From NCBI RefSeq assembly GCF_001194135.2, contig NC_068984.1, positions 118,707,789-118,771,788 on the forward strand: a DNA stretch of 64,000 nucleotides. The letters are read 5' to 3'. The notes beneath the pieces are model-generated. The model did no database searches, had not been told where the DNA came from, and was given only the letters and a program-made list of their open reading frames with translations. This DNA comes from Octopus bimaculoides (lineage: Eukaryota). Shown here in pieces: positions 23,931-36,362 of this stretch (position 1 is its first letter; the number at the start of each line of letters is the position of its first letter). Made by a program: the position numbers and the translations under genes.

Positions 23931-25284
23931 ATGGGCACTTATATTCATTCATTCATTCACTTACGCGCGCGCGAACTCACACACGCAGACACACACAGTG
24001 TATGTGTGGTTGCGTGTGTGTCTACGTATTTATTCTCAATGAATCCTCTTACCGATTTTTGGTACTTCTTCGGAATTCCCCCCGCCCCCAAGATCTCACA
24101 CTAATTAAATAAATAAAGCAAAAAGGCATTGTTTCACAAGTCAGTAAAATATTTTAAAGAAAGGCGACACATTTATTTTTGACTACTTGTATATAAAGTA
24201 AAAAAAAAAAAAATGCCCGCTAGCGTCTGAAAATTAATACATTTCAAAAATGTTTTGTATAAACTATTTTCTTTTAAACGTTTCACTTTTGTGTCTTAAT
24301 TAGACGTGAAAAATCTATAACTATTGAAGTGGCTTTGATGAAATCTTATTTCAAATAATTCTTTATTTATTTATTTATTTATTTATTTATTTTACTTTTC
24401 ACGCGGTTCCTTCGTAACTTAATCCATGGCAGACAGTGTGAGGAGACTTGAGTCAATTATACGCATTGCAAAGTAACAGAAAGGATGACGAAGGAGATAG
24501 GCAAGAGAAAGAGGTGAGGGGATGAAAAAGGCGACTTGCTGAGGAGCGGAAGCAGACGAAAGAGAAACATTACTGTAACATTTTTATATTATAGAGTACG
24601 TCTAGGAAATAACCAAATATTGGATTTAGAGAGCGTGTAACAAACCAAGTTATGTTTTGTCCTTTTTTAATGGTCCAGTGTAAATGCAGAGGTCCCAGAC
24701 AGGCATTGTCATACATATGTTATGCGATATTTGTGGGCGTTTAGATATTTCTATATTGCTGATAAATGTTACCAGGTGAAGGCATGGAACATGCAAACGT
24801 TCCTTTGCGTCACATGTAAAAGTAAATCGATAATATAGTAATTATAAATATGTTTTAATTTGGAAGGAAAAGAGCACGAATAACATGAAAGAAAAGAAAT
24901 ACTGGTGACATTTCCGAGGGTGACCTGAATCAATTTATCATTCATAGTTCTTATAATGTTGCCAAGTATATATATATCCCTTGACAATATTTTACAATAT
25001 CAATGATTATTATATATCATTACTATAATCAAACACTATATTGATGATTAAAATATTACTCCTTGTTTAAAATATTATTGACTTTTCAATCCTTTCGCTT
25101 TTGGGAATTTGTCTGAATTTATTCTTAAATCTTGTAGAGAAATTTTTTTTTTTAATCTTCTGGTTTACAGTCACCAAGGGTAGTAACTCGTGCTAAATAC
25201 ATCGAGTTGTCTCCTTCTGCAAGGAATGCGTCTCAAACCTGTTTTTTTTTTCCATATATATATATATATATATATAAAGCTTAC

Positions 25285-25339
25285 ATTTATATTAGTTAAT
25301 TTTCCAGTTTGTGTGTCTTTTTGTAATATCCAGTTAACC
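25285..25339 (-). CDS. Candidate small exon (VNWILQKDTQTGKLTNIN), or terminal exon in another frame (LTGYYKKTHKLEN*)
   Basis: gtttgtcttcag acceptor and aat|gtaagc donor. Minus-strand AATAAA at about 25117-25122. Confidence 0.35.
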
Positions 25340-27384
25340 CTGAAGACAAACTTTCAAAGTTGGGTTCTCAGCTGTTCAGCGGTGAAAAGTTCACCCCCAA
25401 CCCCGCCATACACATACTTTATTCTTAATATTGAACATAAGAGTAATCAAATTGGTAGTATCGCAAGCTCGCCAGGCAAAGTGTTTTGCTGTATTTGTTC
25501 TCGCTTTTTACTTACTGAATTCAAATCCTGTCGAGGTCAGCTTTGCTTTTCAACCCTCCAGGGTCGATAAAATAAAGTACCAATCAAATAACAGGGGTGA
25601 TTTAATCGACAACCCCTTCCCCTATGAAATTGCTGGCCTTTCTAGATTAGAAACAATATTTACACTAGGACCAGACTAATTACATTTAGAGCCCATTATC
25701 AGTTAAACCAAAACACTGATCACTTGGGGGTAAACACTGCACAACGAAGCAATTTTCAGAGAAGTCCAGATTTTACCAGACACTACTATCACAGAAGGAA
25801 GCAACACTAAAAATGCAAACAAACGTCACGACAAGAAAACCAACGTAGAATTCTTGACAAAATAAGAAATGATAATTCATGGGAATAACAATTAATTTTT
25901 TAAAGAAAGATAAATAGGAGCAGGCATTTTGTGACCACGTGGTTTCGAGTTCTGTCCCTGTGTGTGGCTCCATAGGCGTTTTCTGATATATCCCCAGGCT
26001 AACCAATACCTTGAGAGTGAATTTGGTAGGTGGAAATTGTGTAGAAGCTCATCGTATGGGGGGGGGGGGTGTTTGTGTTTATACCCCACCCCCTAACACT
26101 TAGTAACTGGTCTTAGTTTGTTTACGTCCAAGTAACTTGGTGGTTCAGTGAAAAAGATTAATAGAATAAATTCCAGACTTAAAAAAAAAGAACTGCGGTT
26201 GATTTGTTTGACTAAAAACCTTTCAAGGTGTGCTCCAGCATGACCACAATCCAATGGCTGAAACAGGTAAAATGGTAAAAGGCAGATATGCATTTAAAAG
26301 AGATTTTTTTTTTAATGTAAGCTTATTATTGAGAAGAAAATTGTGGAACTTTCGAACAAATTCAGTTATCTCAAAAACTGCATAATTTGAGACAGCAATA
26401 CAAGACAAATGGAAGAATGAAGATTGGAAAAGCTAAAGATATTTCACAGAAATTAAAACATGTGGCTGTGTGATAACAAGTTTGTTTCCCAACCACATGA
26501 TTCCCGGTAAGTGTCCTCTACAACAACCTTAGACCAACCAAAGCCTTGTGAATGGGTTTGGTGGGTGGAAACCAAAAGATGCCCCCCCTCTCTCTCTCTG
26601 TGTGCATGCATGTGTGTGTCATTGTTTGTCTCCCTAGTGAAAGTTCGTGACTTGGGTGTTAGAGCATTCAGCTAAAGATCGTGATTTCAATTTCCAGTAG
26701 CACATTGTTCCAGTCCACTCAGCTGGCAAAAATGAGTAGTACCTGTATTTCAAAGAACCAAACTTGTCAAATCCTGTGTCACACTGAATCTCCATGAGAA
26801 TTACATTAAGGGTACATGTGTCTGTAGAGTGCTCAGTTGCTTGCACATTAATTTCACAAGCTGGCTGTTTTGTTGACCATATCAACTAGAACCCTCATAA
26901 TCATGTCTGATGGAATGCCAATTTGTCTTGTACCACTTCTTGACAGCCAGTGTTGGTGTGTTTGACCCCATATCTTAACAGTTCGACAAAAGAGAATAAC
27001 AATGTAAGCACTGGGGTTGATTTATTCAACTAAAATTTTTCAAGGTGGTACTCCAGCTTGGCAACAGTCTGAATGAAACAAATAAAAGATAACACAAGCC
27101 AACACAAAACTATTGATTAAAATAAGAGATAAGGTTTTATGGCATTAAATTACTAAGCATAGATTTCTTTACACTAAGATACAGCCATAAAATTACAGGA
27201 GAGATTCAAATCAACATTGGTATATAACAGTCAAAATAACAGAGTCCAAGGAAACTGCTGGTGGTCTGCTTTGGTAAAAATTAGTACTACTTAATTTATT
27301 AATTTTAGCAAGGTGCTAAATGATTTTTGATCAGAATAAAAAAGCAATGTAACTTAATGCAATTTCTCTGCCATTGCTCTATAA

Positions 27385-27772
27385 CAGTCTTTCTCAACCC
27401 TTTTTAACTGGTGGATCCCTTTGATTCCTATTTTGAGATGGACCCCCCCCCCAAGACATTCAATATTTTAAAAATCTTATTGCATTTTTATAATTAAATA
27501 TCATTAGGAATTGTATAAAAATAAAAAGTGTTAAAATATTTTGTGTATTGTAGAAGTATTTAGAATTTATTGCAGATAAATTCTAGCAACAAAATTTTAT
27601 GTGAATCCTCAAGGGCCATATAGACCCCCAGTTGAAAACCAATGGTCTATAATNNNNNNNNNNATATTTTGTGTATTGTAGAAGTATTTAGAATTTATTG
27701 CAGATAAATTCTAGCAACAAAATTTTATGTGAATCCTCAAGGGCCATATAGACCCCCAGTTGAAAACCAATG
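27385..27772. mobile_element. hAT/Charlie-type MITE (right part duplicated across a 10-N gap)
   Basis: cagtctttctcaacc / gttgaaaaccaatg TIRs; TSD ctctataa / gtctataa. Confidence 0.8.
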
Positions 27773-27802
27773 GTCTATAATTTCTGCCATTCTATTACTT
27801 TG

Positions 27803-27840
<38 letters not shown>

Positions 27841-27879
27841 ACTATCAAATGGACCATAAAAGTGAAAATTTATTTTCAC

Positions 27880-27920
27880 CATACATGATGCACATGTACA
27901 AAGATTAAAAAGGTACAAAT
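27880..27920 (-). CDS. Candidate small exon (ICTFLIFVHVHHV-W)
   Basis: ttgttttgttttag acceptor and TG|gtgaaa donor. Phase 0 in, phase 2 out, compatible with 25285-25339. Confidence 0.3.
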
Positions 27921-28640
27921 CTAAAACAAAACAAATATTCAATTCAGATGCATTGCAGAGAAAGCAAAAGTTGAGAAAAACCAAAATTTATGCAACTGAC
28001 AACATAAGCAGGTGAATTAGCTAGCACAATATCAGGAAGGAATACAATTTCTAAAGACCATGTGAAAGATCATCTCCCTCAGTGCTCGTAATGGTAATTA
28101 GAGATGACTATTCTGACAGAAAATACATTTAGAAAAGTTTTGTTTCAAGTTACAAAGTGATAGTGATGTATTCAATCTAGCATTTTATATGGAAGAGATA
28201 GAAGATTAAAGAACTCAACAGAAAGTACAATAGCTAAATGCTTTGATACTGTACAGTAGATTTGTTAAAGTATTGGAGACACATGCACATGTATGTACAC
28301 GTGCACACACACACACACACACACACAAACACAATCATCATCATCATAATTGTCATCACTACCACCACCACTATCATCATCATCGTAAGTCCAGGTTGTC
28401 AAAGTCCAAATAAATTCTTTGTAGGAACCACTGTTCTCACTGACTGGTGTTTATATGTGTTATATTGACTGGGTTTCTATGGCTTGATGCCCTTCATAAC
28501 ACCAACCACTTTACAGAGTGTACTTGAAGCACCTTCTAATGATACCAATATTAATGAGGTTGTTGTGTCCTCAGTGAGACAAGCGCAAAGGGACTTCACA
28601 ACCCTACTTTTCCTTTGCTCACTTCCCAATTCCTCTAGAG

Positions 28641-28954
28641 TAGGGATCCTCAACTATCTTTTTACCTATGGACCCCTTTGATCCCTCTTTCACTTGGGTG
28701 AACCCCCATAGCCATTCAATGTTTAAATATTCCTATTGTATTTTTTATAATTAAATATTATTAGGACTTGTATAAAAAATTGTTTAAATACTTTGTGTAT
28801 TGTGGCTGCATATCCAGTTTATTGCACATAAACTTAACTGGTCTGAGGCACAATTTATTTATGGTCTCTGAAAAATTACCACGGACTCCCAATTTACTAT
28901 ATTGCATCCATGGACCTTGCAAAATCTTATATGGACCCTGGTTGAGAACCCTTG
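28641..28954. mobile_element. hAT/Charlie-type MITE
   Basis: TIRs tagggatcctcaac / gttgagaacccttg; perfect 8-bp TSD ctctagag (28633-40, 28955-62). Confidence 0.85.
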
Positions 28955-30244
28955 CTCTAGAGGTTGTATGGAGGGAGACCTTTTGCCATGGCAGCAGCAT
29001 AGAAATGGGTAACTTGCATACTTGATTATTGTAAAAACTACCCTAAGTCATGCACTTTTACCCAGATAATATGACCAAGGAAGGGAAAAGAGGAGAGAGA
29101 GAGAGAGAGCAATGACAGTAGAAAAGCCAAAATGAGTGAATGAAAGGAGAGAGAGAGAGAGAGAGAGAGAGAGGGTCATTGGGTTGAAATCAGGAGAGAG
29201 TGATGGACGATAGCAGAGGTGGACAAAGGTAAGAGTAGGTGACAGATGACAAAAGAAGTGGCCAAGGTAAGAGTGAGTGATGACTGGCAGTATAGAAAGG
29301 GTAAAGTTAAAGTGTATTGGATACAAGAGGTTCAATGCAGTGATACCTAACTATTGACCTCTGTACTTGACTGGTACTTTATTTTGGCATCATTGAAAGG
29401 ATGAAAGGCAAAGGTGACTTTAGTAGGATTTGAACTCAAAACATTCATAACATTGTATTAATGAGGGGAAAATATTTAAGCATCACACTGAATCAGGAAT
29501 TTGGAGTACAAAGATTATGCCCTCATATCAAATAATAATAACCATATCTACTATTGACATAAGGCCTGAAATTTGGAAGGAAGGTGTTAGTTGATGACAT
29601 TGAAATTAATTAATATTCAACCAGTACTTATTTTATTTGCCCTGAAAAGATGAAAGGCAAACTCAACCTTGGTGGAATTTGAAGTCAGAATGTTCATAAC
29701 ATTGTATTAATGAGAGGAAAAACAATAAACTTCATACTACATCAGGAATTCAAACTATGAAAATATTTGTCTTTGTTTAAAAAATTAATAGTAATGGTTT
29801 ATAATTTAAGTACAAGGAGTAATTTTGAGGGGAGGGGATAATCAATATCATTGACCCCAGTGTATGACTAGTACTTTATTTTATTGACCCCAGGGAGATG
29901 AAAAGTAAAGTTGATCTTGGTAGGAACTGAACTCGGAATGTAAACAGTTAGGAAGAATACCACAAAGCATTTTTACTAATGCTCTAATGAATCTGCCGGC
30001 CTTAATAAATAATTCTTTCTACTATAAGCACAAGGCCTGAAATTTGGCGGGGGGTGGGGGCTAGTTTGTTTGTTGCATTGATTCCAGTGTTCAGCTGGTA
30101 CTTATTTTATTGATTCCAAACCAATGAAAAGCAAAGTCGACCTTGACAAAATTTGAGCTCAAAACAAACAGAGAGCTGGAAGAGATGCCATTAAGCATTT
30201 TATCCAGCATGCTAATGATTCTGTCAGCTACCACCTTTCCATTA

Positions 30245-30800
30245 TCATCATCATCGTTGTCATCGTTTAACGTCCGCTTTCCATGCTGGCATGGGTTGGG
30301 CGGTTTGACCGAGGGCTGGTGAGCCAGAAGGCTGCACCAGGCCCCAGTCTGATCTGGCAAAGTTTCTACAGCTGAATGCCCTTCCTAGTGCCAACCACTC
30401 CGAGACTGTAGTGGGTGCTTTTATGTGCTACCGACACGAGGGCCAGTCATGTGGTACTGGCATCAGCCACGCTCAAATGGTGCTTTTTACATGCCACCTG
30501 CACAGGAGCCAGTCCAGCAGCACTAGCAACGACCACGCTCAAATGGTGTTTCTTACGTACCACCGGCACAGGAGCCAGTTAGGCGACGCTGGCAACAATC
30601 ACGCTCGAATGGTGCTTTTAACATTCCACTGGCACAGGTGCCAATCAGTCGGTACTGTCATTGGCCATGACAATAATTTCACTTGCCTCAACAAGTCTTC
30701 ACAAGCGTAGTTTATTGTCCAATGATTGAAGGGTACTCTTAAATGGGCTGGTTATACAGTACTGGCATAGGCCACGGTTATGGTCTCACTTGGCTTGCTG
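30245..30800 (-). mobile_element. Repeat family 4 with (ATG)n tail
   Basis: catcatcatcgtttaacgtccgctttccatgctggcatgggttgg terminus. Also at about 45-300, 28440-28580, 37915-38070, 43095-43290, 49230-49430, 53825-54000, 57450-57900, 62715-63120. Confidence 0.85.
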
Positions 30801-31465
30801 GATCTTAAATAGATAAATAACAATTTCGAATTGTGGCACAAGGCCAGCAATTTGGGGGAAAGGAGTAAGTTGATTACATGAACCCCAGTGCTCAACTAGT
30901 GCTTATTTCATTGACCTCAAAAGGATGAAAGACAAAGTTGACCTCAGTGGAATTTGAACTCAGAAAATAAAGACAGATGAAAAACTGCTATGCATTTTAT
31001 CAAGTGTGGTAATGAATCAGCCAGCTGTTGCATTTCCTTATTAAATGTATAAATAATGAAAATAGTTTTATTTCTATTTAAAGCTTTTAATTTTTTTTTT
31101 GTTTTGTTTTGCTTTTTCATGTTTTTTTATTACCTCCACATTTTATATTAATCGCTTGATATTAATCACTTATGAAAAGAAAGAAAGAAAGAAAGAAAGA
31201 AAATAATGTAATGAAGTTAATTTAAAATAACCTAATTCAAGGAGGAATTTTCTATGAGTGGAATAATTCAGGGATGAAATTTTCAAGGGTGGAATTTTCT
31301 TTTCAAACAGCCACACATAACTTCAATTCAGAATCACTTGACCATATTACTTGGTTTCTTATTTTACAAATCTATTTTAATTTATATCATTGAAAAAGTG
31401 GTGGTGGTGATGGTGGAAGTGGTGATGGTGGTGGTAGCAGTGGTGGTAAGGCATTTATATAATAA

Positions 31466-31560
31466 CTAAGCTCTTGGCTTCAGCATTTCTAAACCATGGT
31501 TGAACGTCTTAGTATTAAACTTAACTGCAGCTGTTCCTTCTTTTAGCTGTAATGATTTTT
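31466..31560 (-). CDS. Candidate terminal coding exon ((EKSLQ)LKEGTAAVKFNTKTFNHGLEMLKPRA*)
   Basis: Two possible acceptors: tag at 31561-63 (phase 1) or cag at 31547-49 (phase 0, compatible with the 37357 donor). TAG at 31466-68. AT-rich downstream with minus-strand AATAAA near 31070. Splice signals weak. Confidence 0.3.
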
Positions 31561-32597
31561 CTAAATAGAGATTTCTATAATGCTGAGAGAGTGTACTATC
31601 TTTCTAAATAAAACCTTTACAATGCTGTAACAATTCAACATGAATGTCAAAGATAATTTAAGCAGCTGTTATTTAATCATAGAACAGTTTCTCACTATCA
31701 AATCAACTTAGCATATATTTTGCCTTTCAGAATAAACAGAAAAAAAAAGTGTATTATGCTGTGTGGCTAAAAAGCTTGCATCTTAACCACATGGTTTCAG
31801 GTTTAGCTCCTCTTCAGATAGTTCAGACAAGTGAAGGGCTCATAAGCCAATGGCAATTCAATGCATTGGGCCCAACAGTATTTCTTTACTGAGGGCAAGC
31901 CACAGCACATATAGATCAGAATGGGGTCTAGAAATCTGTGGGCTCTCTGGGTAACTTCCCAGTGTGTCCATGCCTTGAGACAGAACTGGACAAGTATATT
32001 TCATTATAGCATCAGGCCAGCCAAAGCCTTGTTAGTGAATTTGGTTGACAGAAAATGAAAAAGACAGCTCTCTCTCTCTCTCTAGACCCCTAGCTATCTG
32101 GCTACTTCCCCAACGACTCCTGGGAAAACAGTGCAGAATGTAGAAAAAGCAAGATTAATAAAGGAATTCGACTTATATCTGGAATACAAAGTAGTCCAAG
32201 TAAGAATGGAACCAATGAAACTGAGTTTCAGCTGGACTCAGATTCACTAAGGAAAAAGAAAGCAAAATTTGAGGCAAAAAAGGAGAGTTTTGAGATATAT
32301 TTCATGCTTATTTCAAACCATCAGTATGGCACTCAAACTTAACAAGCCCTAATATGATGGGAACTAAAATATTCTATCTAATTAAAACGAAAGTAGTGCC
32401 TAATACAGTTCTATATTTAAGAGATGAGGAATTATGTACATTATTTACATTATTTACATGTTATTGAACCCTGATTTAGAGTGTGCGTGTGTGTGTGTGC
32501 ATGTGTGTGTGTGTGCATGTGTGTGTGTGTGCATGTGTGTGTGTGTGTGCATACATACGTGCATGCGTGTTCTAGATCAGGTTGATTAAATGCCCGC

Positions 32598-32675
32598 GGG
32601 CATATGGCATAGTGGTTAAGAGCGCGGGCTACTAACCCCAAGATTCCGAATTCAATTCCAAGCAATGACCTGAAC

Positions 32676-32716
<41 letters not shown>

Positions 32717-32861
32717 CAACATCGAAGAATACCTTAGAAATGAGAACTCAGGTTCGAAATTTCCCCAAGACACCTGAAGAATGCTGAAAGGTATATCAGC
32801 TGAAAGGTGTTAACAACAAACAAGACGAGGACAAATATCTGTCGAATGTAAATAATGTAAA
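32598..32861 (+). mobile_element. tRNA-headed SINE with (AAT)n spacer and hammerhead-like PLE-type tail
   Basis: A box tggcatagtggtta, B-box-like aattcaattcc, (AAT)n at about 32675-32712, then gacac CTGAAGA at-gctga/tcagc-t GAAA g gtgtt. Confidence 0.7.
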
Positions 32862-33078
32862 CAAAAGTAGTGCATTTCAACAGAAATATGGTAATAAACA
32901 GATTTATTTACACTTGGCTGATATAACATATTCAAGAGAAAAGTGGATTACTTCCTCATTATCAAATTGAGCTTGCTTAGATTTTCAAATATTTTGTTGG
33001 CTAATAGCATTCATGATAGCTGGGTCAATTAGACATTAGCAGCAGTAATAGCTTTTGGGAATTTAGTGGTCCTGGCCA

Positions 33079-33345
33079 TTAATTCTTTTGATACCAACCT
33101 ACCTGAGACTTCCTCTGGTTCCAGTTTGTATCACAGATGGTACAAACCTGCCATTAAAATTTCATGCTTATTTACACTCCAAATAGGTGCAGGCATGCTT
33201 GTGTGATAAGAAGCTTGCTTCCCAACCACATGGTTCTTGGTTCAGTCCCACTGCATGACACCTTGGGCAAGTGTCTTCTATTGTAGCCTTGGGCAAACCA
33301 AAGCCTTGTGAGTGAATCTGGTAGACAGAAACTGAAAGAAGCTCG

Positions 33346-33383
<38 letters not shown>

Positions 33384-33697
33384 TCCCATCATCACTTGAC
33401 AACTGGTATAGGAGTATTCATGTACCCATAACTTAGTGGCTCAGCAAAAGAGACTGACAGAATAAGTACTACACTTAAAAAATAAGCCCTGGAGTCAATT
33501 TGATTGATCAAAACCCTTCAAGGCAGTGCTCCAGCATGGCCACAGTCAAATGAGTGAAACAAGTAAAAGTAAAAAAATAAAAGGAAAAATACCAGATTTA
33601 TAATGATGAAGTTATTTCACTATATTCTTCGTTATTTTCAAAATTAATTGGAACACGGGCAGTGAATTCAACAGAAATATGGTAACAAAATGGTTAA
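33079..33697. mobile_element. Second TTAA-type MITE, split by a family-2 SINE; other copies at about 61565-61771 and 32290-32900
   Basis: ttaattcttttgatacc ... aacagaaatatggtaacaaaatggttaa; the halves flank the SINE at 33185-33575. Confidence 0.7.
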
Positions 33698-33958
33698 CCT
33701 CAAAAAGGTTTCTTTGCCCAGCATTATATGAATGTCTCTCTTGGTCAGTGGATGACTCTTATGGCAAAACTGCACAACTGCCATGCTGCTTCCTCTAGCT
33801 TCATCTGCAACACTAGGCTGGTTAGCTATTGGGTGTTACACCTTACCAAATAATTCACAGCCTATGAATTATTTCCATATTCAATGTTAACCCCTATAAC
33901 CAAATGCTGTTCTTCTGTTGAGAGCTGTCTTAACAGCAATATAGGCCCTATAGTATTT

Positions 33959-34405
33959 GTTGGCACTCCGTCGGTTACGACGACGAGGTTTCCAGTTGAT
34001 CCGATCAATGGAACAGCCTGCTCGTGAAATTAACGTGCAAGTGGCTGAGCACTCCACAGACATGTGTACCCTTAACGTAGTTCTCAGGGGAGATTCAGCA
34101 TGACACAGAGTGTGACAAGGCTAGTCCTTTGAAATAACAGTTACAACAGAAACAGGAAGAAAGAGTGAGAGAAAGTTGTGGTGAAAGAGTACAGCAGGGT
34201 TCGCCACCACCCCCTGCCGGAGCCTCGTGGAGCATTAGGTGTTTTCGCTCAATAAACACTCACAACANNNNNNNNNNGCCGGAGCCTCGTGGAGCATTAG
34301 GTGTTTTCGCTCAATAAACACTCACAACAACCGGTCTGGGAATTGAAACCGCGATCCTACGACCGCGAGTCCGCTGCCCTAACCACTGGGCCATTGCGCC
34401 TCCAC
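33959..34405 (-). mobile_element. SINE family 1 copy (contains a 10-N gap with an overlap duplication)
   Basis: TSD ccctatagtattt (33946-58, 34405-17). Confidence 0.9.
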
Positions 34406-35444
34406 CCTATAGTATTTATTTAGAGAACAAACCACAACATACACAGATTAGAATTGAAACCCCTTGACCATTGAGGTGCCAAGGCAATTCTTAAAATGAC
34501 TCTGCTCCTATCCACTACCTGGAAATCTACTAGGTAGGAGTTCTCTCCCCCACCCCCGTCTGCCAAAAATCTCTACTAATATTTCCTCAAGCAGACTTCA
34601 CTCAGCCCATTGTTTAAGGCATCCTATCAAAATCAAACCTGAGAGTAAAACCTTCTCTTATAATAAGATATTCTTCTAAATTCTTTTCCTGTGAGTTACA
34701 AAATGTCTTAGAGACATTCCATATGATTATAATTTAAGTTATCTCATTCAAACATTTACGCAATGCAAATCCTTGAAAATTGGCTTAAGAAGTCCTAATT
34801 CTACTACAGTATTAGGAAGAAAGCATATTATAAATTTTTGGTTTGTTTGTGTTTTTTTTTTAAATCCAAGTTTGCTGCTGCGGTTTAGTAATAAACTCTT
34901 AGCATTGGTTAATAACAAAATGTGTTGTGAAAATAGGCTTCATTCACCAATCTTTTTTAAGAAATTACTTAGCAACATAAATTGAATTCACAAGCATTTA
35001 AACTACCTGCATATTCTAGTTCCAGTTTGCAGTTAACTAATTCAATTTAGTATAGTATTCTCATTTTCTCAAAATATGTTGGGAACAAAAAAATGGAAAT
35101 TATATAGTTAAAGGGGTGTCTATACATTACTAATTCATGAAAGAGTTTTATGACATTTTTCTAGATTCACATTTTGTCAGTCCTCCTCCTTTTCCTCACC
35201 ATCTTTGTCATCATCACCATCAGCATTTAAATGTCTATATTTCTATGTTTGTATGGGTCAGATGAGAGAACACTGAGGCAGAGTTTTCTATGGCCAGATA
35301 CCCCTTCCTGTATCAAACCCTACTTCTTCCTAAGTGAAGTAATGATCTTCTTGTCTATCAAATAACAAACAGTTTGGACATGTTTCTATGGAAAACTAGA
35401 AATAAATGGCACCATATGAATGAGCCTTTTGCTTACAAAGATTT

Positions 35445-35761
35445 GTGAAATTAACGTGCAAGTGGCTGAGCACTCCACAGACACGTGTACCCTTAATGTA
35501 GTTCTTGGGGATATTCAGTGTGACACAGCGTGACAAGGCTGACCCTTTGAATTACAGGCACAACAGAAACAGGAAATAAGAGTGAGAGAAAGTTGTGGTG
35601 GAAGAGTACAGCAGGGTTCGCCACCATCCCTTGCCAGAGCCTCGTGGAGCTTTTAGGTGTTTTCGCTCAATAAACACTCACAACACCCGGTCTGGGAATC
35701 GAAACTGCGATCCTATGACCGCGAGTCCACTGCCCTAACCACTGGGCCATTGCGCCTCCAC
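35445..35761 (-). mobile_element. SINE family 1 copy, tail-truncated
   Basis: Same head and body as 11547-11939, with some CpG decay. Confidence 0.85.
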
Positions 35762-36128
35762 TGTAATGAAAATAAATTCACATGAAAGGATTCTTAAAGA
35801 CCTTTAACTGAATAAGTATCAGGATAAATACTGCTCTGTAAAATTTCACACAATTACTGAGCATTTACAGAAATTTGATAAAATCTCTAATATTGCTCTA
35901 AAATTAAATAAAACAACCCATGTTAAAAGAATGAAGAACTTTTAGCATGCCAGGCAAAATGCTTAGCGGCATTTCATCCATCTTTCCATTCTGTGTTCAA
36001 ATTCCACTGAGGTCAACTTTGCCTTTCATCCTTTTGGGGGTCGATAAAATAGGTATCAGCTGGTGTAAGTGACTTACACCCTCTCCTGAAATTGCTGGCC
36101 TTGTGCCAAAATTTGAAACTATTATCAT

Positions 36129-36362
36129 TAGTCAACTAGTTAACCATTCAACTATTTAATTAATCGACTGTTTGATTAATCATTCAGTCAATCAATCAAT
36201 CATCTAAGTTCATCAAAGTCCTTTCATTGCCTTTCGCAATCTCATCAGTAACATGCCATCTTATCACCTGGTCTGATAAGCTTAGCTGATTGGTCGACTG
36301 ATTGACTGAATAATTAATCAAGCAATCACTGAGTTAATTAGTTGAATGGGTAACTAATTGAT
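36129..36362. repeat. Imperfect inverted repeat (~75-bp arms, ~85-nt loop) built from tagtcRacta/tgattgactg motifs
   Basis: 36129-36202 matches the reverse complement of 36287-36362 by eye. Confidence 0.8.

Noticed and set aside
27199-27273. GroES-like KETAGGLL, or GNCWWSAL in another frame
   Set aside because: Short chance resemblance; no compatible next exon found (TG|A gives a stop).
27535-27781. Tandem ~120-bp duplication (also 34217-34328)
   Set aside because: Identical copies on either side of a 10-N gap indicate an unmerged contig overlap.
33697-33806. Minus-strand exon candidate (DEARGSSMAVVQFCHK...)
   Set aside because: The putative donor overlaps a MITE TTAA end, and the phases do not fit the neighbouring exons.
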